64,000 nucleotides of DNA. Origin: Eledone cirrhosa. Its lineage: Eukaryota. The notes under the pieces were generated by a model. It saw only the letters and a list, made by a program, of their open reading frames with translations, made no database searches and was not told the DNA's origin. The stretch spans positions 117,738,001 through 117,802,000 of the forward strand of contig OZ024741.1 of the NCBI GenBank assembly GCA_964016885.1, in the 5' to 3' direction. Position 1 is the first letter of the stretch; every line of letters begins with the position of its first letter. This document shows, in pieces, positions 35,050 through 48,714 of the stretch. The translations under genes were made by a program, and so were the position numbers.

Positions 35050-36987
35050 ATGAAAATGAAATCTGTCGTGTTCTTGGCAGCAGTTGTTGTTTTTGTTGCA
35101 TCTGGGGAAAATACAAATTTAACTTCAGTTTACTGCGACCACATGTGTAAAAAAGATACAATTTATTATTCGGATATTTGTTTTCAGAAAGGATGTTACT
35201 GTGACGATCTTTGTGAAATATATGGCGATTGTTGTTACAATTATAATACAACCAAAGTGAAAGATGTCTTTAAATATGGACAAGCTGAGTGTGTGTCAGA
35301 AAATGAACAAAACACTATGATGATAACATCGTGCAGCAGAGGTTTCTTCGATGATACTGATCTTGAACAGAACTGTTTGATAGATACTGGACACCCAGTA
35401 TGGTCTTTACCAGTGAACGGAAACGATAGCAAAATAGTTTACAAGAACATGTTTTGTGCCTTGTGCAATGGAGAGAAAAATTATACCTACTGGAAAATTC
35501 AATACAAGTGTATTGAAACCCTAAACAGGAATGATATTGCTATCATCAACGAGAAGCAAATTAAAGAAGCCAATTGTAAGATTTTAAAATTAAACCCATT
35601 TCAAATTAACGAACACAAGTGTGAAATAGATCTCGTATCGAGCTGTCTAAATAAATCTTTTACAAACTCCACGGTGACCAAATGTCAGAATGGACCCTAC
35701 TGTGTAATTAAAAGCAATCTGGGTTTTTCATATAAAAATATACACTGCTTTAATTGTAGCAGAGCACAGGATGAAAAAGTTAAGTGTATTTCAAATCACC
35801 CGGTAATTTCCGAAAGGACGTATTTAAGCTATTTTGTTCTTATTGATTTTAACAAAAATCAAATAAACAACAATGGAAATCAAATTAGCATGGGATTTTG
35901 TAGCAATGGTACTGTGTACAATTATATGGAAGGAAAATGTTCTTCAGTGATTCATACCATAGAAAATAGACCAAAACAGTTGAATTGTTCTGTGATAAAA
36001 ATCGAACAATTTGAATTTGTCATCTTTGAAAATACTACCTTATTTCATAACGCATCAAAAACATTCCATGGTGAGGAGTTTTACACCTTTAACGAAAGTG
36101 AAACACTTATTTGTCGAGATAGACTTCTCCCTAAATCTACACTCGAACCTTATCAGGGAGTGTTGGGTTTTAACTATCTTTTTACAGTCTTGGGAACATC
36201 AATATCCTTGATCGCTCTTCTCATTTTTTTTCTAGTATTTTGGAAATTTCAAACCATTTGGAACTTGTGTACTTTGATAAACGTATCCTATGCATTTTCG
36301 CTATTTTGCGCCCAAATTATATTCCTTTTAGTACCATTCATTAGCAATGACTATTTCATTTGCCGTTCTTTGGCTATTACCATGCATTATTTCTTTCTTG
36401 TTTCCTTTTTCTGGATGAATGTCATCAGCTTCAGTGTGTATTTATCTGTTTGTAAAAGTACAGCTTATATGATGATGAATCGCGAAAGAAAGGTATCTTT
36501 TCTTATATTTTCTCTGTATGCTTGGGCATCTCCTTTGCTGTTTATACTTACCTCATTAATGATAGATATGTTCCAACCAAGCTCAAAGTATGCTCCACAA
36601 TATGGTAAACCACATTGCTGGTTGAACTCGAAACGTAGCATCCTTTTTTTCTTTGCTCTGCCACTACTTATCATCATCATACTCAACATGATTGCCTACT
36701 ATCACACAGTTAAAACGATAAAAAAAGTTCGCAAAATGACTCAGAAAAATGACGACCGTTATCAAGTTCAGACACTTGTTGTCAGTGTCAAACTATGTCT
36801 CTTAACAGGAGCTACCTGGATTATCGGATTTTTACCTGCTATTACCAATATGTCTGTTCTCAAAATTATTTTCATTTTTTTCAACTCTACCTTTGGATTG
36901 TGGGTTACCATTTGCTTCATTCACACAAGACATATATCCACAAACTTCAAACAATCGTTCAAGACATTTGGGGAATCAAAGAGCTGA
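35050..36987 (+). CDS. Intronless family-B-type (Methuselah-like/adhesion-like) 7TM GPCR with N-terminal somatomedin-B-like and Cys-rich ectodomain, ~645 aa
   Basis: Signal peptide MKSVVFLAAVVVFVASG; CYCDDLCEIYGDCC; PV..YKNMFCALCNG; many NxS/T sites; seven hydrophobic helices with family-B motifs C..LAITMHYFFLVSFFWMN, YAWASP, P.YG..CWL, FF..P, TGATWI.GF; uninterrupted ORF. Confidence 0.9.
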   Translation: MKMKSVVFLAAVVVFVASGENTNLTSVYCDHMCKKDTIYYSDICFQKGCYCDDLCEIYGDCCYNYNTTKVKDVFKYGQAECVSENEQNTMMITSCSRGFFDDTDLEQNCLIDTGHPVWSLPVNGNDSKIVYKNMFCALCNGEKNYTYWKIQYKCIETLNRNDIAIINEKQIKEANCKILKLNPFQINEHKCEIDLVSSCLNKSFTNSTVTKCQNGPYCVIKSNLGFSYKNIHCFNCSRAQDEKVKCISNHPVISERTYLSYFVLIDFNKNQINNNGNQISMGFCSNGTVYNYMEGKCSSVIHTIENRPKQLNCSVIKIEQFEFVIFENTTLFHNASKTFHGEEFYTFNESETLICRDRLLPKSTLEPYQGVLGFNYLFTVLGTSISLIALLIFFLVFWKFQTIWNLCTLINVSYAFSLFCAQIIFLLVPFISNDYFICRSLAITMHYFFLVSFFWMNVISFSVYLSVCKSTAYMMMNRERKVSFLIFSLYAWASPLLFILTSLMIDMFQPSSKYAPQYGKPHCWLNSKRSILFFFALPLLIIIILNMIAYYHTVKTIKKVRKMTQKNDDRYQVQTLVVSVKLCLLTGATWIIGFLPAITNMSVLKIIFIFFNSTFGLWVTICFIHTRHISTNFKQSFKTFGESKS

Positions 36988-37055
36988 AACTCTCTCAGAA
37001 ACTTTTATATGCATGCCTATACATATACACACATAGATACACACACAGACATATA

Positions 37056-37197
<142 letters not shown>

Positions 37198-37366
37198 TAT
37201 CACATAAACATAGGTCAGTTTTAGAACGGTTACTCCACTATACAGTGGTGGCCATAACTGAACCCCAAAACCTAAGATTGTACATGCAGGTTAAATGTAG
37301 GAATTTTAATATATATAGAAAACGTGAAACTAATAAGACTTTGTACCTCTGTTTGTTATATCCTTG

Positions 37367-37424
<58 letters not shown>

Positions 37425-37643
37425 GGGATAACAGGTTATCGTTATGCCAGTCCACTTAGATCTAGTCCAGTTGGAGTAGTTCTTGTAGTGGATAGTATTA
37501 ACGTGTGGCTTAGTTTGACTCAACAAGACGTTTCCATAGTGATGCTGCGAGTTCGCGGTGATTTTTATGTAGTTTATACTTGGAGTAATAATAATTCAAG
37601 AAAGAAGATTGACATGGTTCGCTATACAATAAGGGCTTTATTC

Positions 37644-37678
<35 letters not shown>

Positions 37679-37842
37679 TTAAGACATAAAAATATGAGGT
37701 ATGGGTTCGATTCCCACGCACGCTAATGCCAATTTTTTCCGTTATGGGGTTTCATATTAGACTAGTTTCTGTAATCAATTTAGGGTGAAAGCTTCTAATT
37801 CTATTTTCAAAATTTTCCATGACCATATATATATATACATGT

Positions 37843-37910
<68 letters not shown>

Positions 37911-37916
<6 letters not shown>

Positions 37917-38084
37917 TTCGTAGATCTAAGGATATACGGTATGTTTTATAAATAAACATTTTGAAAGCCTCAGCTATGAATAGAAGCCTGACGGCCAGCG
38001 CACTCAGCCTCCTATTCATAGCTGAGGCTTTCAAAATGTTTATTTATAACACATACCGTATATCCTTAGATGTATGAAATTCAC
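37911..38084. repeat. Near-perfect hairpin (~80-bp arms, ~12-nt loop); MITE/foldback-like
   Basis: 37911-37991 is the reverse complement of 38004-38084. Confidence 0.9.
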
Positions 38085-38122
38085 ATACATGTATGTATAC
38101 AGCTAACGAAGCAAATTCTAAT

Positions 38123-38192
<70 letters not shown>

Positions 38193-38557
38193 TTCTTCAC
38201 ACGTTGTCCACACGTCTCGAAACACCTCTTACGTAACTACAAAGCTCCGGATTGAATTACAACACCCTAATTTTCTTATCAACTAGAAACTTTTCGGATT
38301 TTCGCAGTTATCTCCCTTACACCTCTCGCACGCATTTTAGTATTGCTTGTGTGAAGTGTTCGTTTCTGCGCATGCGCGTTCGTACGGTTGTCCTTCCTGC
38401 TCCGTATAACCATGTCCATTACGAGCTGAGGATCCGCTAAGGTGAAACAATTGTTCTCGGTATGGTGAACTAACTGTTGTGTAACCACTTCTACCTAACT
38501 CGTCCCATCGACTGAGTGCTCTACCACGACGGATATTACCTTCCAGTGTTCTACCAC

Positions 38558-38605
<48 letters not shown>

Positions 38606-39069
38606 GTGTGTGTCTGTATGTGTGCATGTGCTTCTTTGTAATACTTCCATCTCCACTCCACACGGTCTCTGGATGATACTACATCAGAGGTTCAATGATG
38701 TTTCTAATGGAATATTATATTTTAAAAAACGCACTCATACACACAACTCTCTATGGATGTATTGTCTACATAAACTGATTGATTACTTTTTTGGGCGAAA
38801 GGCCAGAAAAATTGCTGGAAAATACTTTATTTTATCGATTCTGGAAAAATAAAAAAGCAAATTTGACCTGGGAGGGATTTCAACTCGGAAGCGAAAGAGT
38901 AAAAACATCTATCGCTGACGCTCTCCGAATTCTGCCAATCTACCAACTATTTTTTTTTATAATGATCGACAAGGATCCTACCTCATTTGCTTACCGAGTG
39001 GTGTGGAACTTGTCAAATCGGACCAAGGAAACAATGTATCCATTTCTGATACTATCTACCAGTCACAAG

Positions 39070-39370
39070 TCCTGGCAGAAAGAGCAACGTGAAATAAATT
39101 GTCTTACTCAAGGACACAACACATTGCCCAATCAGGGAATCGAACTCGCAACCTCACGATTGCTAATCCAATTCTCTAACCACTAAGCCACGTGTCTTCA
39201 CTTTAGCATTATATTTTATGGTATTATACCATGTTATATCTTTTTATTGTGAAGGCGGTGGCTTAATGGTTAGAAAATTGGATTTACAATCTTCAGTTTA
39301 CGAATTCGATTCCCGAGCAATGCGTTGTCTCCTTGAGCAAGATACTTTATTCCACGTTCCTCTTTATACC
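39070..39370. mobile_element. Two divergent copies of a second tRNA-derived SINE family (others at ~7650-7730 and ~50150-50275)
   Basis: tRNA-like head followed by 'tccttgagcaagatactttattccacgtt'. Confidence 0.6.
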
Positions 39371-39623
39371 AGAACTTGTGATCGGTAGATAGTACAAGCG
39401 ATAGAAACATTATTTCCTTGGTCTGATTTGGCAAGTTCAACCCCACTCAGTAACTGAGTGAGATCTGGGAACTTGTCGACCGATTCTTTACATCTTATTA
39501 TACCACTAACAAGAGTACCCGATGTTGCTCAGGAAAAAGATGACTCAGTTAGTTGACAATATCTTGGAAAATGATAATTGCATTTCTGCATAAATATGTT
39601 ATTTGAAACATATATAGTCAGTG

Positions 39624-39660
<37 letters not shown>

Positions 39661-39785
39661 TTTCTTGCTTTTGTCCAGTAATATACTCTTATATTGTTGT
39701 AATATATCATGTATCTTTTTATATCATGTAATATATTTTGTTGCCTTATATATATATATTTTTTTAATTTAAATATAGACATACA

Positions 39786-39860
<75 letters not shown>

Positions 39861-40302
39861 TCTCTCTCTCTCACTCACTCACTCCATCTCTCCCCTCCCT
39901 CTCTCACGCGCTCTCTCTCTCTCTCCCTCACGCACTCTCGTTCCCTTATACACACATACTCTCTCTCTTTCGCTCTCAATCATACACGTTCGCTCTTTCT
40001 CTCTCTCTCTCTCACATGCACCCTCTCTCCCTCATACACACACACTATCTCTCTCCATTACACATCCTCTCTCTCCTCTCTTTATCACACACTCTCTCCT
40101 CTCTCTCACACACACAGAGGCGGCAAATTGGGAGAAGTATTAGAAGGCTAACGAAATATATACATAAATACGTTGTGGTATTGTTCCGGTTCTTAAAATC
40201 CCGCCACGGTCAACTTTGCCTTATCTTTCATCTTTCATGGCGGCTTAATCTGTAATGGCAGCCAAATCTGCCTTAATTACACACTACAATCTCAAAAAGA
40301 TA

Positions 40303-40447
40303 ATTGTTTCTATTTTTGGCACAAGGCCAGCAATTACCCAGTCCATTACTGGTACTTTATTTTATCGACCCCGTAAGGATGAAAGGCAAAGTTAACCTCG
40401 GCGGGATTTGAACTCAGAATGGAAAGGGCCGTAACTCTATGCGTCAA
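40303..40447 (-). mobile_element. tRNA-derived SINE (main family)
   Basis: Consensus match; further copies at ~44690-44820, 47672-47830, 53380-53480, 61045-61195. Confidence 0.8.
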
Positions 40448-40584
40448 CATTCGTTAATGTAACCCTAAATATATTATGTTTGAAAGTAAACCGAGATAGT
40501 TATGGCTGCAATGCCATTGATCATAAGTCGACTGAATTAGGATTGAATTGGGGTTAAATAACAACAACGTATGGAAATGGATTC

Positions 40585-40670
<86 letters not shown>

Positions 40671-40829
40671 AGTATGTATACGTACATACATATTCGGGTT
40701 GTTTGTAAACAAACAACCCGAATTATTAGCTGTACAGTGTTCGGAAACCGTCGTTGCCATTTTGTTCAACACTGACAAAGGTACGATGAACTAGCTTCTA
40801 GCTTTTTAGCTGTCATCAGCACCGTATAC

Positions 40830-41204
40830 CTTCCTGTCAGTCAATTGAACGTTTGAAAGTATATACTTTCCTTATGCATATTAACGGCTGAGCAGCCTAA
40901 TTTACATATCGAGTGAGTTAGTCGGCCGGGCGTACCGAAAACGATAAATGGCTGACAGGTGTGCATGTATGTAAGTATATACATACTACTGTACGTCTGT
41001 ATACATATATGTATGTACGTATACATACTTATACTTATGTATCAACCGTACTAACAGTGAGAAATGAAATTTCATTTTTTCCATTTATCGTCTTCGGTAC
41101 GTCCGGCCGACTAACTCACTCGATATGCAAATTAGGCTGCTCAGCCGTTAATATGCATAAGGAAAGTATATATAGTTTCAAACGTTCAATTGACTGACAG
41201 GAAG
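40830..41204. mobile_element. MITE-like element with ~120-bp inverted repeats
   Basis: 40830-40950 is the reverse complement of 41081-41204. Confidence 0.7.
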
Positions 41205-41590
41205 CCATATGGCTGAGGCCATGCTGGGGCACCAAAAAGAGCAAAGGGGAGGTGTTACATCAAGAATTTATTGATCAGTCATGGTTATAATTGTTTCATA
41301 AACAGTCGGCTAATGATGCCGGTAAATATTCCAGACCAGATTACAGCTGTGCCTGATCAATGTTACCACAACAAAATAAACATCAGATCTGAGGACAAAC
41401 CAACGAGTCACAAACAAGTATAAAGAGATTGTCCAATCAGGGGCCCAGAATTCCCCTGACGCACGTACACAATACAGCCACCTACGTATAAGGGTATCCT
41501 GACAAATAAACCATCGATCTTTTCAAACAAATAAACATACCCACACAAATACATACGACTACATACTCACATATACACACATATATACAT

Positions 41591-41631
<41 letters not shown>

Positions 41632-41650
41632 GCGAGAGAGAGAGAGATAC

Positions 41651-41692
<42 letters not shown>

Positions 41693-41805
41693 AAGTAAGT
41701 TAAGATAGTTTGGGTGGTCAAGAATGCAGCTGTCGTCGCAGAGATTTTAAAAGCAGGCAGGGGTCATTGAAGCGAGACGGAGGTCACTGGTATTATGTCA
41801 CAAGA

Positions 41806-41877
41806 GCCGGTCGATGATGGCCGGTCGATGATGGCCGGTCGATGATGGCCGGTCGATGATGGCCGGTCGATGATGGC
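41806..41877. repeat. 14-bp perfect tandem repeat (GCCGGTCGATGATG)x5
   Basis: Direct reading. Confidence 0.95.
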
Positions 41878-41998
41878 ACATTTGCGATCGCACCAATACT
41901 ATCTTCCTAGAGAGAATATATATGAATAAATCTAAATCTATACATACATAAAATTTGGATTTTATGTATCAGCACAGCTGAAATGTAAGTATGCATAT

Positions 41999-42118
<120 letters not shown>

Positions 42119-42964
42119 CTACCACCACTGTTGGTAAGGTTAAGGTCAACACGAAAAGAGAAAGAAAGAAAACTACAGACAAAATGTGAACTCTTCTCCC
42201 TAAATATGTTTGTAACCCCCCAACCCATATTCTTATTATTCTTATTGATATGCAATTTAATTGTATTATACACTTCCGTCGTTGAAAAAGCGTATAAGCT
42301 GAAACCGGTTCAATTAAATGCGGAAATTCCTATTTTGTAAATAAATGTTTTGATGTTATTCTGAGAGAATTTACCATTTTCTACTGTTTTTTCTTTTTTA
42401 CGATTTCTTTCATCTCTATCAACTCGTGTGTCACTTCTCTACATTCTACACATATATATATATTTGAAAAGGGAAGTAAGGTTCTATACACAAAACAGTG
42501 ATTATAGAGAAAAGGTGACATTGGAAATAGCACCGAAAATATATTTAAGGGTCTGTTTTTCTTTTTTTTTTCCCCTTTGATTCGTCAAAGTGACATTATT
42601 GAAAAAATGAGAGGGTCGATTCTTTTAAAAAAGAGTTTTATAATGTATATAAAATATATAAAGTATAACCGGTTTCGATTGCTTAGTAACATCCATCTTA
42701 TCAAGTGTTGAGTATTAGAATTAAAAAGAATTAATAAGAATTAAAAATTAAAAATCAAAGATTTAAAATTAAGTGTTGAGGCAAGTTTTTTTTATCTCTC
42801 TTGTTGTATATATACATACACCACACACATATACATATACATACACCACACACATATACATATACACATGTACGTATGAGTTATATCGAACATTAATAAT
42901 AATATTCGATTCGTTTGCAAGCAAACGGCCCGAGAAAGCTATGCTGTGTCGATGACCAATCGTC

Positions 42965-43797
42965 ACCCGTTTGTTCAACAGTGGCATCGAGGATATATGT
43001 ATGGAATTTGGTGTTAATAAGTGTGAAGTCCCAGTGATGAAGAGGGATACATTGAACAGAAGCAACGGAATCCAGGTATCAATGGGTGAGATGATAAAGG
43101 TAATCGATACTGAAGAGGGATACAGGTATTTGGGTGTTCTGGAAGTAGATGACATCAAGAACAATAAAATGAGGGAGTTGATAAGATCTGAATACATAAG
43201 GAGAGTAAGGAACATACTAAAATCACATCTAAACAGTAAGAATGTCATAAGTGCAGTAAATTCCCGAGCACAGTGTGGGAATTCTTAAATTGAATGTTGC
43301 TGAACAAAAAGAAATGCATAGAAATACTAGGAATCTATTGACTACCTACAGCATGTTGCACAAGAGGAGGGATGTTTATAGACTCTACTTAAAGAAATCT
43401 GAAGGCAGAATGGGTCTTATCAGCGTAGAGGACTGTGTTCAGACGGAGAAGAGCTGTCTACACAAATATGTGTCTGAGAGTAGGGAGCCGATGCTCAAAG
43501 TTGTACTGAAGGAGAAGACTATAGAACAGGTGGTGTCTAAGAAGGAAGTAACAACAAAGAGGAAGAGCAACCTTCATGAGAAAACCCTCCATAGCACTTT
43601 TTAAAAGAAAACGGAATTCAGAGATCCACAGACATGGAGCTAGTTAAAAAGAGGAGACCTTTAAAAAGCTACAGAGGGAAGGCTACTGGCTACACAGGAG
43701 CAATCCTTCAGAACGAAGTGGGTGAAACACCATATTGACAAGGAGGAGGCTAGCCCACTCTGTAGGATCTGTGGAAAGAGGGAGAGAGAGAGAGAGA

Positions 43798-43869
<72 letters not shown>

Positions 43870-44447
43870 AAGCTGTGGCTCACATCGTATCCTCTAAAGG
43901 ATGGAGGCATGATATAATAGGAAAGGTGATTCACTGGCATTTATGCAAACTAAATGATTTACCACATTCTTAGAAGTGGTATGAGCATAAGCCAGAGTCA
44001 ATGATAGAAAACGATCAAGTGAAGGTGCAATAGGGTTTCAGGATACAATAGGCCTGACCTGGTGGTTTTTGACAAGGAAAAAAGATCGTGCCTGATTGTA
44101 GATGTAGCCTGCCCCTTTGACACGAGAGTGCAAGAAAAGGAAAAGGAGAAAATTAACCGATACCAGGATTTAAAATGAGAGTTAAAAAGGATTTGGGACT
44201 GTCGCGAGATCAAGGTTGTCCCGATTGTCATAGGAGCACTAGGTACTATCTCGAAGAGTTTTCAAGGCAGGAAGGTTAAAGAACATTAGTCCACTCCCAT
44301 TTTTCGGAACACTTTAAAAAGGCATGCTTGTTGGTAACAGCAAGAACCTTCCGATACGTCCTGAATATCTGAGGTTGCAGGTAGCGGATTGATGTTCATT
44401 TGAATAAACTTTCCAGTTAAATAACATCAATGACTGAGACTCCAAAA
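42965..44447 (+). mobile_element. Decayed R4/Dong-like LINE (same family as 7006-7520) with (GA)n expanded inside the zinc-finger region
   Basis: MEFGVNKC, YRYLGVLE, RLYLKKSEGRMGL, CRICGK; 3' end matches 7010-7515. Confidence 0.85.
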
Positions 44448-44452
44448 AAATA

Positions 44453-44485
<33 letters not shown>

Positions 44486-45163
44486 CTGATGATGATGATT
44501 TTGTAAAGAGGATGGTATCATTTAAGTGGCAATCATCATCAGAGATTAACAGATACTGAAGGAAGAGGCCCATAGAACAAAAGACATCTTGTTTATCAAT
44601 TAGCACTTGTAACTACGAATTATCTTGCCTACTTATTATTTTTGTTTACGTTCTGCGTTCCTCCACTGGTAAGTTAATAATAATATTAATAATTGTTTCT
44701 ACTATTGGCACAAGTCCAGCAATTACCCAGTACATTACTGGTACTTTATTTTATCGAACCCGTAAGGATGAAAGGCAAAGTTAATCTCGGCGGGATTTGA
44801 ACTCAGAATGGCAGGGGCTGTATTAATAATGATGGTTTCTCTTTCAGGGTAAGAGGACCAATCGATTAAATCAATCCCAGTACTTGATTGGTACTTATAA
44901 TTTATCGACCTCGGATGGCTGAAAGGCAAACTTGTAATTCATGCTGCAAGGTATTTTCTCTAACGCTCTAACTCTTCTGCCAATTCGTCCTTAACCAGAT
45001 AGAATACTGTTTTATAACATACGTACGAATGCGGTGTATTGACTGAGTCATTAGAAGGTCGGATGGAATGTTTTGCGGTATTCGCTCTCTGAGTTCAAAT
45101 CCCGCCGAGGTCAGCTCGCCCTTTCCCTCTTTCGACTGTGCGACTACGATTCCATCAGGAGTC

Positions 45164-45196
<33 letters not shown>

Positions 45197-45199
45197 TAC

Positions 45200-48100
45200 A
45201 TACTTACTTACTTAACCAACGGGACCAGTTGCATATACTGGCATGGGAGACTATTCATTAAATTTAAGATGAATACTATCTCCGACAGTAATACTACAAA
45301 TACAAGCCATGTTGAATAACTGGATATTCTTCTAACTATATCCACTAAAGACACCTTTTATTAGAATTCGTAGAGATATCCGACTAAACACTAAATTCAT
45401 TTTACAAGGATTTGCTACAAACAACATGACTGAACACATCATCAACATCAACAACATTAGTGGAGTACCGAAGAAAAACAACGAGAAAGGTAAACAAAAT
45501 TTCTTTAGTCGTAGCTACAGAAGGAACAGAAATTATAATGGCATTTCTATTGGAGTTACGAACTTAACGATGATTTATTTAATTGTTATAAAATGGCAAA
45601 AAACAATCCCTCCATTGGCTATATGAACAGAATGAAGCTACACTGGGACGAAATACACCCAGAGCTAAATCACTTCACAGCCAAACAATTACACCAACAA
45701 GCAACGTTTGTTGAACGTAAAAATAACATGAACATCATTCATTGTAAGTCCCCCAGATTGAACATGCAGTCAACAACACGTGCTACAGGCCGCCATGTTA
45801 CTAGACTTTCTAGCAGCCAGGCTGAACGTCAACAAACAAGAGCAATACACGAACAGTCCCTTGAAACAACTACGCCAGTGAGAAATTTGACACCACGTGT
45901 ATCAACTGATTATACCTCGACTCTTGTTGCGTCTGCTATTAGCTTGGAAAATCAAGAGTATAAATATAAACAATTGAAAAATACCCTCAGTGAAACTTTC
46001 CAGAGAGAAGTTAATTAATGTATAAACATTTTTCTCGTGAAACGATATAAAACAACGGTATTAAACAAAATGAAACCAAATAATAAAATTCTGCGTGTTA
46101 TTGATGAAATTGGTGGTGAATATTTACGACGAATTAAAACCCCTAAGTTTTTGGCAAATCAACGCCTGGTTATATGCCCTGACAACGACAGTGAAGCATA
46201 ATCTTGGTGATAACGGAGTTGTTAACAAAACGCCATAAAAAATACCATCATATATTACTAAAATAGAAAAAAAGATTGCTGACCTATGGAAAATTATAGG
46301 ATTTGTAATTATGCTCTCCACATGCAAAAAAAAAAAAAAAAAAAAAAGAAACTTACTCCTCACCAACAAAGAGTGAAAAATATAATAGAAACGATGTTTG
46401 AAGACAGTACAACCAGAACTCTTCAATATAAGCTGATCAACCTCAAACAAAAATTGAGAGCTGTCAGCGAGAAACGACGATAAAAGAAGAGGGTGGCTGA
46501 AAAAAAAATTAATAAAAGATTCAGACGAAATCAAACATCAGTCTATAGAGATATGAAGGGCAAAGTAATAAATGTCACTGAGGCCCCATCCCAGAAAGAC
46601 ATAGATTCCTTCTGGAGAAAAATATTGAGTGAAAAGAAGAAATTCAACCAATATGCAAAAATCCAAAAGAACTATTGCTCCTACACTACAACAAAAACAT
46701 ACAGAATAAATGATGATATCTATGAGACTGTGATAGAAAAACTCGAAGATAAGAAAACACCAGGAAGAGACTTGATTGTCAGCTACTGGTACAAAAAACT
46801 TACATTCTATCGGATGTATCTTATCAACCTCTACCAGCAAGCTCTCAAGGGAGATGCATATATACCAGGGTGGTTGACATTAACACAAACAATATTGGTC
46901 CCCAAGAACAAAGACACACACTTCGCAAAACACTACGAACCCGTTGCATGCCAGAACCTGATGTATAAAATGTATACATCCTGCCTGAACCTATTTCTCC
47001 AAGATCACTGCGACAGTAATAACATTATCACATATGAGCAAGCAGCTGGGAAGAAAGGTGTTTGGGGGTGTGCTGAACAATCCTAATTAACAAAACCGCG
47101 ATGTCAGAAGTGCGACAATTTAGGAGGAATATGGTTACAGTCTGGCTGGACTACAGGAAAACATTTGATTCTGATCCCCACTCTTGAATGATAGAGGCTT
47201 TCCGACTTGCTAAAGTCCCAGACACTATTATCAGAACCATAAAGAACCTACCTTCTAAAGTTAAAAACAGAGGAGGAGTCTATTTTCGTTGATGAAATAA
47301 AATATCATAGGGGTATACTTCAAGGAGAGTCTCTCTGTGCTACTATTTATTCCTTTATTGTCTTTAAACCCCTTATCCTTTCTGCTCAAGAAATGTTTAG
47401 GATACAGCATTGACTCACAAGAGGACAGAAATACGAATCTAACCCATAATCTCTTTGTGGATGACCTGAACCTCTATGCCAAGAATATAAATGGGATGAA
47501 GAAAAGTCTTGACCTGGTTACGACGTTCTCAAAGGATATAGGAATGGAGTTTGGCCAGGATAAATGCTCATATATGCAAGCATAACAGACCAGATATAGT
47601 GATATGGGTCAGGGAAAAGAAGGCATGCATAGTAGTGGAAGTCAGCTACCCAGCAGATGCCAATATGATATTAATTGTTTCTACTTTTGGCACAAGGCCA
47701 GCAATTACCCAGTACATTACTGGTACTTTATTTCATCGACCCCGTAAGGATGAAAGGCAAAGTTAACCTCGGCGGGATTTGAACTCAGACCGTAAAGGGA
47801 CGCAACTATGCTGGAAAGCATGGCGTCCGACTATGATATTAATGATTAGCGAAAAGTGATATCTATGCAGAACTAATGAGAAATCTGCAGATACTCCACC
47901 ATGACTATACCTTCAGATTTATACCTGATATTATTGGGGTACTGGGATATGTTAGTAACTGCCTCAGCACAAATCTTGAGAAGCTGGGCTTCACAGAAAC
48001 AGAAAAAACACGACTAGTTAAGAAATTACAAGTACAATCAATTAATGGAACAGTAAAAATATGTAAAACATTCCCAAAATTCTGCATCTAATAACTGCAT

Positions 48101-48328
48101 GTACACTTGTATAGATACAAAACATATACACATACACACATATAACTCAACACATCCACACATACAATAATATCCGTATCTGCACACACATGCATGCATG
48201 CATGCATGCATACATGCATACATATCTACCTAGTTGATGCTGTGTAAATTGCAATGAGAGAGACTCGTAACTATGTTAGAAACCGACTCCCTCGCTATTG
48301 GTAAACATTTGTGAAATTATAAAACCAG

Positions 48329-48330
<2 letters not shown>
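45200..48330 (+). mobile_element. Second, longer but decayed copy of the 31360-34303 R4/Dong family, with a ~1.1-kb internal deletion and a SINE insertion (47672-47830)
   Basis: Collinear homology with 31360-34303; same 3' end gtgaaattataaaaccagaa, flanked by (CA)n/(CATA)n. Confidence 0.88.
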
Positions 48331-48378
<48 letters not shown>

Positions 48379-48714
48379 ATACATACATACATACATACAT
48401 ACATACATACATACATACATACATACATACATACATACATACATACATACATGAGAGAAGTATAATCAATTGTATCAATCCCGCCAGTATTTGAAAAGTA
48501 TAGAAGTGGAATTAATCAAGGATGACGGGTGATTAGTCATCATCCATTTACATTAGATATATACTACGTTTAGATTAGAGAAAAGCAAAAGTAAACTGGA
48601 TAGTCCCAAGTGAAATGCGTTTAATCATAGGTCTAGTCGGGTAGAAGTGACCGGGGAAGTGGGGTACTAAATAACAAACACAGCAACCCGAGGTGGACTT
48701 CCATTTTTTGATCC

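Noticed and set aside
42280-42712. Hammerhead-like GAAACCGGT motifs at ~42300 (+) and ~42670 (-), and another candidate at ~54790-54820 (-)
   Set aside because: CUGANGA core and stem I are too degenerate to support
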